Source: an uncultured Chloroflexia bacterium
GTDB taxonomy: Bacteria; Chloroflexota; Limnocylindria; Limnocylindrales; CSP1-4
Direction of reading: 5' to 3'
Assembly: GCA_963717255.1 (NCBI GenBank)
Contig: CAVQVT010000009.1
Coordinates: forward strand, 46,830 to 110,829
Length of the DNA stretch: 64,000 nt
The translations under genes and the position numbers were made by a program. Shown in pieces: positions 53,765 to 62,328 of the stretch. Below the pieces are notes generated by a model. It was not told the DNA's origin. It did not search any database and was given only the letters and a program-made list of their open reading frames with translations. The number at the start of each line of letters is the position of its first letter. The stretch's first letter is position 1.

Positions 53765-54622
53765 ATGGCGAACGCAGCGGCCGCCCCCTCGAGGCCCGGA
53801 GCCCTCGCCCGCGCCCAGCGCCGCCTCGACGGGTCGGCGCTCTACGTCTTCACGGGGCTGGCGGTCGTCTACCTGCTGCTGCCCGTCTTCGTCATCGTCC
53901 TGTTCAGCTTCAACGACCCGGCCGGGAGGTCCAACTTCGTCTGGCAGGGGTTCACGCTGCAGTACTGGATGGACCCGCTCGGCGTCCCGGGCCTGCCGAA
54001 CGCGGTCTTCCTGAGCCTCCTGATCGCATTCGTGTCCACGATCGTCGCGACGATCCTGGGGACGCTCATCGGGCTCGCGCTCGTCCGCTACGAGTTCAGC
54101 CTGCGCGGCGCGACGAACGCCCTGATCTTCATCCCGATGGCGACCCCGGAGATCGTGCTGGGCGCCAGCCTCCTCACGATGTTCGTGTCGATCGGGGGGC
54201 CGCCGTTCTTCCCGCTGAGCCCGGTCACGGTCCTGATCGCGCACATCATGTTCAACATCAGCTACGTGGTCGTGACCGTGCGGGCCCGGCTGACCGGCTT
54301 CCCCCGCCACCTCGAGGAGGCGGCGATGGACCTCGGGGCGACCGAGTGGACGACCTTCTGGAAGGTGACCTTCCCGCTCATCCTCCCCGGCATCGTCGCC
54401 GCCGCGCTCCTCGCGTTCAGCCTCTCGATCGACGACTTCGTCATCACGAACTTCACCGCCGGCAAGACGCAGACGTTCCCGATGTTCATCTACGCGAAGT
54501 ACCGGATCGGCATCCCGGTGGAGGTGAACGTCATCGGGACCATCATCTTCCTCGTCGCGGTCGGCACGGTCGGGGTGACGACGCTCGCGCGGATCCGGGC
54601 GGACGCCCGCGCTCGACGCTGA
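53765..54622 (+). CDS. potC: ABC transporter permease (PotC-like)
   Basis: EEAAMDLGATEWTTFWKVTFPLILPG EAA motif, 6 TM. Confidence 0.85.
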   Translation: MANAAAAPSRPGALARAQRRLDGSALYVFTGLAVVYLLLPVFVIVLFSFNDPAGRSNFVWQGFTLQYWMDPLGVPGLPNAVFLSLLIAFVSTIVATILGTLIGLALVRYEFSLRGATNALIFIPMATPEIVLGASLLTMFVSIGGPPFFPLSPVTVLIAHIMFNISYVVVTVRARLTGFPRHLEEAAMDLGATEWTTFWKVTFPLILPGIVAAALLAFSLSIDDFVITNFTAGKTQTFPMFIYAKYRIGIPVEVNVIGTIIFLVAVGTVGVTTLARIRADARARR

Positions 54623-54749
54623 TTCCCTCGCACGCGGGGGCCGCCCGCGCGCGACCGGCCCGTGACGCGCGTCCCGCGGCCCTCCGGCGCCGGGCCGCGG
54701 CCGTAGAATCGTGGCACACGGCCCCCGCGCCACCACGAGGTCCCCCGCC

Positions 54750-56105
54750 ATGGTCGACACCGCCCAGCCCGCCGGCGCGACCGGCACCCCGCTCCCGCCC
54801 CCCGAGGTCGTGCCCCCGGTCTGGGGCAGGGTCACGGACATCGTCGTCGAGCGCGGCGAGGGCTCGTGGCTCATCACGACGTCCGGTGAGCGCTACCTCG
54901 ACTACAGCTCCGGGATCGGTGTCACGAACACGGGCCACGCCCACCCACGGGTCGCGGCCGCGGTCGCTGCCCAGGCGGCGAAGCTCCTCCACGGCCAGCA
55001 GAACATCGTCTACCACGAGCCCGGGCTCCGGCTCTACCACCGCCTGCAGACGCTCCTGCCCGGCGGCCCGTGGGGCGCATTCCTGTCGAACTCGGGTGCG
55101 GAGGCGGTCGAGGCCGCGGTGAAGCTCGCGCGGATCGCGACGAAGCGCCCGGTCATCGTCGCCTTCCGCGGCGGCTTCCACGGTCGGACCGCGCAGACGA
55201 TGGCGCTGACCTCCGCGAAGAACGTGTACCGCGGCGACTTCGAGCCGCTGCCGGGGTCCGTCTACTTCGCGGACTACCCGTACTGCTTCCGGGCGCCGGT
55301 CGCCCCGCACGACCCGTCCGCGTGCGCGGCCGGCTGCGGCGCATGCGACGGCTGCTCCTGCGACTGGGAGAGCCGCCTGGAGGAGCTCTTCCACACGCTC
55401 GTCTACCCGGAGCACGTCGCCGCGTTCATCGTCGAGCCGGTCCTCGGCGAGGGCGGGTATGTCGTCCCGCCGGTCGGCTTCCTGCCGCGCCTCCGCGAGA
55501 TCGCCGACCGGCACGGGATCCTCCTCGTCGTGGACGAGGTCCAGACCGGCTTCGGGCGGACCGGGCGGTTCTTCGCGGTGGAGCACTCGGGCGTCGAGCC
55601 GGACATCCTCACGTTCGCCAAGGGCGTCGCGTCCGGCCTCCCGCTCTCCGGGATCATCGCGAAGCAGGAGATCCTCCGGAAGTGGCGCACCTCCGCGCAC
55701 GGCGGGACGTACGGTGGCAACGTCGTCGCGTGCGCGGCGGCGAACGCCACGATCGACGTGATCGAGGACGAGGGGCTCGTCCGCAACGCGCAGGAGCGCG
55801 GCGCCCAGCTGCTCGCGGGCCTGCGCACCCTGAAGGCCCGCCACCGCACCATCGGCGACGCGCGCGGCCTGGGCCTCATGGTCGCGCTGGAGTTCGTCAA
55901 GCCGGACGAGGGGGACGGCCGCGTCCCCAACCCGGAGGTGACGAAGCGCGTGGTGACCGAGGCCCTGAAGCGCCGGCTCATCGTCCTGACCGCCGGGTCG
56001 AGCGTGCAAGTGATGCGGATCATCCCGCCGCTCGTCACGACGCCCGACGAGGTGGACCTCGCGCTGCGGATCCTCGCCGAGTCGCTCGAGGCCGCCGGGG
56101 CCTGA
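54750..56105 (+). CDS. class-III aminotransferase (GABA/putrescine aminotransferase-like)
   Basis: SGAEAVEAAVKLAR, DEVQTGFGRTG, TFAKG (PLP lysine). The track ORF starts at GTG 54711; ATG 54750 has a better SD. Confidence 0.85.
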   Translation: MVDTAQPAGATGTPLPPPEVVPPVWGRVTDIVVERGEGSWLITTSGERYLDYSSGIGVTNTGHAHPRVAAAVAAQAAKLLHGQQNIVYHEPGLRLYHRLQTLLPGGPWGAFLSNSGAEAVEAAVKLARIATKRPVIVAFRGGFHGRTAQTMALTSAKNVYRGDFEPLPGSVYFADYPYCFRAPVAPHDPSACAAGCGACDGCSCDWESRLEELFHTLVYPEHVAAFIVEPVLGEGGYVVPPVGFLPRLREIADRHGILLVVDEVQTGFGRTGRFFAVEHSGVEPDILTFAKGVASGLPLSGIIAKQEILRKWRTSAHGGTYGGNVVACAAANATIDVIEDEGLVRNAQERGAQLLAGLRTLKARHRTIGDARGLGLMVALEFVKPDEGDGRVPNPEVTKRVVTEALKRRLIVLTAGSSVQVMRIIPPLVTTPDEVDLALRILAESLEAAGA

Positions 56106-56334
56106 ACCCCGCGCGCCGGCCCGACGGCCGGGCCGCCCGTGGCCGGCGCGGCGCTCGGCGCGGCACCAGTCCGGGCCGCGTGCGGGCCGGGCGCGGCGCT
56201 GGGTCGTTCCCGGCTGGCCCCGTGGCCGGACGACCGGGCCGAGGGCCAGCTCCGGCGGGCCTGGCGCGCCAGACAGGTGCGGCGTGCCTCCGCGGCCGGT
56301 GGCCCCGGCCCCGGCCCCGGCCGGAACCACCGCG

Positions 56335-56477
56335 TATCAGCCCGGGGACTGCCGGACGAGACCGGGCCACCGCCCATCAGCCCCGGGACTACGGTGGGGG
56401 TCGGCGGGGCTGTCTCCGTGCTCGACACCCCGTCGCCGGGCGATCCGACGACGCGTCCGCCAGTCCCCGGGCTGATA
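56335..56477. repeat. 24-bp terminal inverted repeats (23/24) enclosing about 95 bp; MITE-like or structured-RNA candidate
   Basis: The left arm tatcagcccggggactgccggacg (56335-56358) matches the reverse complement of 56454-56477 at 23 of 24 positions. A third partial copy lies at 56376-56390. Confidence 0.5.
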
Positions 56478-56481
56478 TCCG

Positions 56482-56530
56482 GGGGCCGGCGGGCGAGGGG
56501 CAGGCCGCCGAGGGGCCGGCGGGCGAGGGG
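56482..56530. repeat. 19-bp direct repeat, two copies at 30-bp period
   Basis: ggggccggcgggcgagggg occurs at 56482-56500 and 56512-56530. Confidence 0.7.
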
Positions 56531-56592
56531 CCGGCGTCTCGGTGTCGGGGCGGGCGGCAGCCGCGCGTGCCCGGTCTTCGTCCGTCGCGCTC

Positions 56593-57480
56593 TCAGTCCG
56601 TCCCGGCAGCCTCGTGGAGCCGCGCCAGGACCTCGTCGTGGAGGATGCCGTTGCTCACGAGCATGGTCCGGGTGTCGAACCGACGGGCGCCCTCGAGGTC
56701 GGTGAACCGGCCACCCGCCTCCTCGACGAGCACGACGGGAGCCGCGAGGTCCCACTCCTTCACGTCCGTCTCGACCATCGCCTCGGCGGCACCGTCGGCC
56801 ACGAGGGCGTAGCCCCAGAAGTCGCCGAACCCGCGACTCCGCCACGCGCTCCGGAGGAGCGGCAGGATCCCCGGGGCGAGCCCGGTCGTCTCGAGGTCGG
56901 GGAGCGAGCTGAACAGGATCTGCGAGGATGCGACGTCCGGGATCGACGAGACGCGGATCCGCCGGGGCGATCCCCGCTCGGCGGGCCCGGTCCCGGCCGA
57001 CCACGCTCCCCCGCCCCGTCGCGCGAACCATCGCTCGCCGAGGGCCGGCGCCGAGATGACGCCCAGCTGCAGCTCACCGTCGCGCTCACAGGCGAGGAGG
57101 GTCCCGAAGAGCGGCACGCCGCGCATGAAGTTGTGCGTCCCGTCGATCGGGTCGACGTACCAGCGGACCGAGGCGCCGGCCTGGAACGCCTCCTCCTCCT
57201 CGCCCACGATGCCGTGGTCGGGGTACCGGTCGGCGATCCGCTCCCGGATGAGCCGCTCGATCGCGCGGTCCGCCTCGGTGACGAACGTGCCGTCCGCCTT
57301 CGCGGTCGTCTCGATGCCGCTCCGGAAGCCCCGCAGCGCGATCGCGTCCGCCTCGGCGGCCACGCCGAGCGCGAAGTCCAGCCACGCGTCGAGCTCGTCC
57401 TCCGACCCTCGCCGTCGCGACGCGCTCCACTCCGGGCCCCAGGCCCGCTCCCCCGCCGGTGCGTTCGCCCCTGTCTCCAT
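56593..57480 (-). CDS. inositol monophosphatase family protein (HisN/SuhB-like)
   Basis: TEADRAIE, WYVDPIDGTHNF, WDLAAP. Confidence 0.8.
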   Translation of the reverse strand: METGANAPAGERAWGPEWSASRRRGSEDELDAWLDFALGVAAEADAIALRGFRSGIETTAKADGTFVTEADRAIERLIRERIADRYPDHGIVGEEEEAFQAGASVRWYVDPIDGTHNFMRGVPLFGTLLACERDGELQLGVISAPALGERWFARRGGGAWSAGTGPAERGSPRRIRVSSIPDVASSQILFSSLPDLETTGLAPGILPLLRSAWRSRGFGDFWGYALVADGAAEAMVETDVKEWDLAAPVVLVEEAGGRFTDLEGARRFDTRTMLVSNGILHDEVLARLHEAAGTD

Positions 57481-57518
57481 CGTCCGCGATCCGTCCTTCC
57501 CTGCGAGCCCCCGCGCCG

Positions 57519-58469
57519 TCAGTGGCAGGTGCCCGAGCCGGCGTCCGTGTACGTCCCGCCGGCGACCGGGAGGAACGCCCAGTCGTAGGCGCCGGGACGG
57601 AGCGTGAGCTTGAGCACGCCGTACGCGAGCGCCCGCGCCTCGCTGTTGCGCGGCGCCCGGATGAACGGGTAGAGCGGGGCGCCGCCCGTCCCGACGACGA
57701 ACTCACGGATCCCGCCGTCGCGGTCGAGCACCCCATCCGGCGTCTGGGGGGCGAATCGCTCGTAGTCGTGGTCGTGGCCGTTCACCACGACCTCCGCGCC
57801 CGCCGCGTGCAGGGCGCGCCAGAAGGCGTCCATCTCGGCCGTGGGGCCATGCGGCCCCGACGAGAACCGCGGGTGGTGGAAGTACGCGAGGGTGCACCGG
57901 ACGGGGTGCGCGGCGAGGTCGGCCCGGAGCCACCGCTCCTGGGCCGAGCCCGGTCCGCACCCTCCGACGGCAGCGCAGTTCGAGTTGAGGACGATCACGT
58001 GCCAGGTGCCGGCGTCGTAGCTGTACCAACCCTTGCCCTTCGTGCCCGCACGGGACCCGAAGTACGAGAAGTAGGGCGCCGCGTCCTTCGTGTAGTACTC
58101 GTGATTCCCGGGGGCCGGCCGCGTCCGGCTCCGGAACTTGCCCCAGGTGGGCGCGTAGCACTTCGCGAAGTCGGTCCTGGTGCCCTTCGGGTAGGCGACG
58201 TCGCCCGGGACGATGACGGTGCCGGGCGTCGCCGCGACGAGCTTCGCCGTCTGGGCCGCCCACGGCCTGCCGCACCAGCCCACGTCACCCGCGCCCACGA
58301 GCACGGCGACCTCGTCCTGCGCGGCCAGGGTCGCTGCGGGTGCGACGCCGGCGGAGAGGAGCACGGCCGCAAGCGCCGCCGCGATCGCCGACCTGCCGGG
58401 CCGGCGCGGCGTCGCACGCCGGGCCGTCGCGTGATCCGGCGCGGTCGTTCGCGGGCCAACCACGGTCAC
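57519..58469 (-). CDS. secreted calcineurin-like metallophosphoesterase
   Basis: Signal-like N-terminus. GDVAYP, GNHEY, VVNGHDHDYER. GTG 58463 has better SD spacing than 58469. Confidence 0.8.
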   Translation of the reverse strand: MTVVGPRTTAPDHATARRATPRRPGRSAIAAALAAVLLSAGVAPAATLAAQDEVAVLVGAGDVGWCGRPWAAQTAKLVAATPGTVIVPGDVAYPKGTRTDFAKCYAPTWGKFRSRTRPAPGNHEYYTKDAAPYFSYFGSRAGTKGKGWYSYDAGTWHVIVLNSNCAAVGGCGPGSAQERWLRADLAAHPVRCTLAYFHHPRFSSGPHGPTAEMDAFWRALHAAGAEVVVNGHDHDYERFAPQTPDGVLDRDGGIREFVVGTGGAPLYPFIRAPRNSEARALAYGVLKLTLRPGAYDWAFLPVAGGTYTDAGSGTCH

Positions 58470-58562
58470 CTCCGTCCGATGCTCCGGGCGTCACGCCGGT
58501 CCGGCGCCCCGGCCGGGGAACCATACCGCCCGGCCGCAGATGGCGCCGCCGGGCGGCCCTCG

Positions 58563-59963
58563 TCAGGCGAGCCCGGCGCGGAGCGCCTCCGGCAGCGGCC
58601 GGTGCTCCTCGGGCGCGACGACGCGGCCGTCGAGGATCGACCCCGTCCCGGTGACGCGGAGCTGGTCGTACAGGTAGGCGACCTTCTCGCCCTGCGACGC
58701 GAGGATGGCGTCCTTCGGGGGGAGGTCCCACAGCTGCCGCTTGAACGGCCCGATCGCCTTCTTGCGCGTCGTGTAGACGAACTGCTGGTCCGTCTGGCCT
58801 TCCTTGCGCTCGTCCCCGGCGTTCGCGAAGCACCACTCCTCGATCTCGCGGTGGAGGTCCGCCGGGAACGCCGGGTGCTCGTACAGGGCGTTCTGGAAGC
58901 CCGTCGCGAGGTGGATCTCGGCGGTCTCGACCTCCGGGAACCGGTGGAAGAGCGAGTCGGGCAGCGTGCTCGCCCCGTGCTGGACGGCGCCGGCGAGCCC
59001 GTACGACCGCGCCACCTCGCCGAGGACGCGGATCGTCTCGAAGTCGAGCTTGACCTCCGCGACGCCGCCCCCGGGGAGCGGGACGCCTCCGTGCGTGGTC
59101 CCGGTCGCGACGCTCACCTTGCTCACGCCGGCGAGGCCCGGACGGATCCCGTCGAGGACCCTGCGATAGCCGTCGAGGTACGCGCGGAGCTCCTCGGGCG
59201 TCGAGTTCGCCTTGCCGACCTCGCCGATCTCGCCCCCCACGCTGATCGTGATGCCGGCAGGCTCCAGGTCGCGGATGAGCGCCGTGAGCTCGGCGGCGCG
59301 CGTGTAGTTCACCTTCTGCTGCTCGTCCACGGTCGGCTGCGAGAGGTCCACCAGGGTGGAGCTGTCGATGTCGATGTTCCGGTAGCCCGCGGCGATCGCG
59401 TCGCGGCACGCCTTGCGGATCTCCTCGGTCATCGCTTCGGGGTCGGCGGCGTACTTCTTGCCGTTGAACTGGTAGTGGTCGCCCTGGATGAAGACCGGGT
59501 CGGCCCAGCCCGCGGCGATCGCGCCGGCGAGGACGCTCGTCGCGTACTCGGTCACGCGCTGGTACGTGTACGTCTGCTCGCTCCGCGCGAGCTCGAGGAT
59601 GACGGGCCCGACCTCCTTGGCACGCGCCGTCTCGAAGATCACGCGCGCCATGTCGAACGTCTGGGCGCGCAGGTTGATCGCGGGGACGGTGAAGCCGGCG
59701 ACCTCGCCACGGGCGCGGGCGTCGTAGAGGCCCTGGATGCTGGCCGATCGTGCGCCGAGCTCCTGGCTCGCCTCCCAGACGATCCAGCGGGCGGCCTCGA
59801 CGGTCGCGGCGTCGTCGCTGAACGTGGCCGTCCATGCGACGTCGCGGATCCCCTTCCGGCGCAGCGCCGCCTCGTCCACGACGACGAGGCGGTCTCCCTC
59901 GATGCGGACGATGCCGTCGAGGAGCCCGAGGAGCTCCGGGACGGAGGCGGCGACGGTGGGCAT
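58563..59963 (-). CDS. class II ketose/fructose-bisphosphate aldolase family (long form)
   Basis: 466 aa. FTVPAINL, IQGDHYQ, GGEIGEVG, TGTTHGG, VQHGAST. Confidence 0.8.
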   Translation of the reverse strand: MPTVAASVPELLGLLDGIVRIEGDRLVVVDEAALRRKGIRDVAWTATFSDDAATVEAARWIVWEASQELGARSASIQGLYDARARGEVAGFTVPAINLRAQTFDMARVIFETARAKEVGPVILELARSEQTYTYQRVTEYATSVLAGAIAAGWADPVFIQGDHYQFNGKKYAADPEAMTEEIRKACRDAIAAGYRNIDIDSSTLVDLSQPTVDEQQKVNYTRAAELTALIRDLEPAGITISVGGEIGEVGKANSTPEELRAYLDGYRRVLDGIRPGLAGVSKVSVATGTTHGGVPLPGGGVAEVKLDFETIRVLGEVARSYGLAGAVQHGASTLPDSLFHRFPEVETAEIHLATGFQNALYEHPAFPADLHREIEEWCFANAGDERKEGQTDQQFVYTTRKKAIGPFKRQLWDLPPKDAILASQGEKVAYLYDQLRVTGTGSILDGRVVAPEEHRPLPEALRAGLA

Positions 59964-60089
59964 CGTGGACTCCCTCTGGTGCGGAGAGCGGCTGCGCGAC
60001 CCGGTGGACCGGCCGCGACACGGGGCAACAGGTACGTACCAATGGTACGCCCGATCCGCCCGCCGGTCAGCCCCTCGGGGTGTGGCGGA

Positions 60090-61574
60090 TCAGCGGAGGC
60101 CGGCGCGGGCCTCGAACGCCTCGACGATGCGGTCCAGCTCGCCGGAAACGCCGTCGGGCAGCGGGAGGGGCTCATGCGACGCGAGGATCGACCGGACGCG
60201 CTCCCGGGCGCGGGCTGCGGCCTCCGGCCTGCCCGCGGTGTCCCACACCTCCCAGGTGCGGCGATCGAAGAAGCGCGGCTGCCAGAGCCGCCGCATGTTC
60301 GCGAGCGTGTGGTCCTCCATGAGGAAGTCGCCCGCCGGACCGACGGCGGCGATCGCCTCGACCGCCAGGTCCTCGTCGGTGACCGGCAGGCCCGACGCGA
60401 ACGACGCGAGGAGCCCCCAGATCTCGGCGTCCAGGAGCATCTCGTCCATCGAGAAGGTCCGCGCCGCGTACAGCAGCCCGGCCCCGGAGCACATGTCGGC
60501 CCCGGAGACGAGGCTCGCGAAGGCGGAGAGGCCGTTCTCGACGCCCGCCTGCCAGTCGGGTGCCTTCGACCCGGGCGCGAAGGTCCCGATGCTCACCGGG
60601 AGCCCGAAGGCATGGCCCAGCTGTGCGGAGGCCATCTGCACGAGGAGGTCCTCGGGGCCGCCACACGTCACGAGGCCCGTCCGGAGGTCCATGCACGTCC
60701 CACAGGCGCCGTAGAACGTCGGCGCGCCGGGCACGAGGGTCTCGAGGAGCGTGACGCCGGCCAGCAGCTCGGCGTGCGAGAGCACGACGAGCCCGGTCGC
60801 CGTCGCGGGCGCGGTGGCGCATGCGATCGGCATCGCGACGAAGCCGCTCGGGACGCCGGCGCGGCCGTACGCGACCGCGGCCTCCACGGCCCCGCCCTCG
60901 AACGTCAGAGGGCTCAGGCTCACCTGGAACGACGAGAGGATGGGGCGTGCGCGGAGCGCGTCGGCGCCGCCGGTGACCGCCCGGGCGAGCTCGATCGCGC
61001 CATCGGCCTGGAACGCGTCGACGGCGGTCATGAGCTGGACGTGCTTGCTCGACGCCGTCAGCTGCGTCCGCAGCTCGTGGAGCGGCCGGACGGCGACCGG
61101 GATGTCGCCGGCCTCGGTCGACTGCCAGAGAAAGCCGATCTCGGGGGTGGCGTCCGCCAGACGCGAGACCGTGGCGAGGTCGGCCAGGGTGGTGGCGCGC
61201 CGGGCGCCCGTGTCGAGATCGAGCATCTCCGCGGCACTGCCGTCCGTGGAGAGCCAGCCGTGGCGGCCGTCGAGGACGAGGTCGGCGCGCGGGTCGCGCG
61301 CGGCGAGCGTGTACGCATGCGGGGCGGCCGCGAGAGCCGCCTCGACGTCCGCACGCGAGAACCGGACGCGCTCGGCCGCGTCGTCGACCCGGACGGCATG
61401 CGCCGCCAGGTCCGCCCGGATCGCCGCCGACCGGACCACGACGCCGACGCTGTCGAGCACGTCGAGCGCCGCCTCGTGGACGCGGGCGACGCCGGCGTCG
61501 TCGAGGACCGCCAGCGGCTCGCGCCAGAGGCGCAGCGGCATGACACGGGGCTCGGACGCGGACGTCTGGTTCAT
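60090..61574 (-). CDS. MttB-superfamily (trimethylamine methyltransferase-like) protein, non-pyrrolysine
   Basis: 494 aa starting MNQTSASEPRVMPL. Family assignment is by overall pattern recognition. No in-frame TAG. Confidence 0.7.
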   Translation of the reverse strand: MNQTSASEPRVMPLRLWREPLAVLDDAGVARVHEAALDVLDSVGVVVRSAAIRADLAAHAVRVDDAAERVRFSRADVEAALAAAPHAYTLAARDPRADLVLDGRHGWLSTDGSAAEMLDLDTGARRATTLADLATVSRLADATPEIGFLWQSTEAGDIPVAVRPLHELRTQLTASSKHVQLMTAVDAFQADGAIELARAVTGGADALRARPILSSFQVSLSPLTFEGGAVEAAVAYGRAGVPSGFVAMPIACATAPATATGLVVLSHAELLAGVTLLETLVPGAPTFYGACGTCMDLRTGLVTCGGPEDLLVQMASAQLGHAFGLPVSIGTFAPGSKAPDWQAGVENGLSAFASLVSGADMCSGAGLLYAARTFSMDEMLLDAEIWGLLASFASGLPVTDEDLAVEAIAAVGPAGDFLMEDHTLANMRRLWQPRFFDRRTWEVWDTAGRPEAAARARERVRSILASHEPLPLPDGVSGELDRIVEAFEARAGLR

Positions 61575-61813
61575 GGGACGGGGACCTCGCGGACGGCGGT
61601 GAGGCGGGAGGGGCGCGAGGCCGAGAGTAGCGTGCCGCGGAGGCACTGCGCGCGTCGGCGCTGCCGTCCGGCACTCGACGGACGCACGACCGACACGTAC
61701 GGTCGGGACCGGCGGGAGGCGACGACGCGTGGCCCCCGCACCCGGCCGCCCGCGCCGCGCCGAGCCGGCGACGGGCATGGCCGGGCGTCCACCGAGCGTG
61801 GAGGTGACGGGAC

Positions 61814-62311
61814 ATGCTCGACACCGATCTCCTGGTCGCCCTGGCCGGGATCGCCGGCGTCTTCGTCGGATTCGGGGCGCTCATCAGCGGCACCAGCGGC
61901 CCGAACGATCTGTGGCTGGTGCGGAGCATCGTCACCCAGGGCCTCATGGTGATCGCCGCCGCCCTCGTCCCGGTCCTGATCGCCAGCTACGGCGTCGCCG
62001 GCCATCAGCTCTGGGTCGTCTGCGCCCTCGCGGTGCTCGCGCTCGACTGGGCGGTGATCGTGTTCCTGCACAGCAGGCGCGAGTACATGGCCTTCCAGGT
62101 CCTCCAGGGCCGTGGGACCCGGGCGGCCATCGGTTCCGCCGCACTGCTCCTCGAGCTGCCGTTCCAGGGTGCGCTGATCCTGATCGTGCTCGGGCTGTTC
62201 CCCGACGCCGACCAGGCGCTGTACCTCACGGCCGTGATCCTGGCGCTGTTCCAGGCCGCGGTGCTCCTCGTGATCCTCGTCTACGCGAAGGGACGTCCGG
62301 CCGCCGTCTGA
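61814..62311 (+). CDS. integral membrane protein (5 TM), hypothetical
   Basis: 165-aa hydrophobic ORF. GGAGGTGA SD. Confidence 0.55.
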   Translation: MLDTDLLVALAGIAGVFVGFGALISGTSGPNDLWLVRSIVTQGLMVIAAALVPVLIASYGVAGHQLWVVCALAVLALDWAVIVFLHSRREYMAFQVLQGRGTRAAIGSAALLLELPFQGALILIVLGLFPDADQALYLTAVILALFQAAVLLVILVYAKGRPAAV

Positions 62312-62328
62312 GACCGCCCCCCGCGCGC

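Noticed and set aside
56139-56705. 188-aa ORF filling the long intergenic gap
   Set aside because: It is Arg/Gly/Pro low-complexity sequence and merely translates the DNA repeats. It also overlaps the 3' end of the IMPase-family gene on the other strand and has no SD.
60090-61574. Pyrrolysine (in-frame TAG) in the MttB homologue
   Set aside because: The reading frame is uninterrupted and no pyl genes are seen, so this is a non-Pyl family member.
57459-61952. 1497-aa plus-strand ORF, the longest in the track
   Set aside because: It lies antisense to four well-supported minus-strand genes (phosphoesterase, aldolase, MttB-like and others). Its composition is Arg/Gly/Asp/Pro-dominated with no recognisable motif. 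This is a typical stop-poor shadow frame of very GC-rich DNA.
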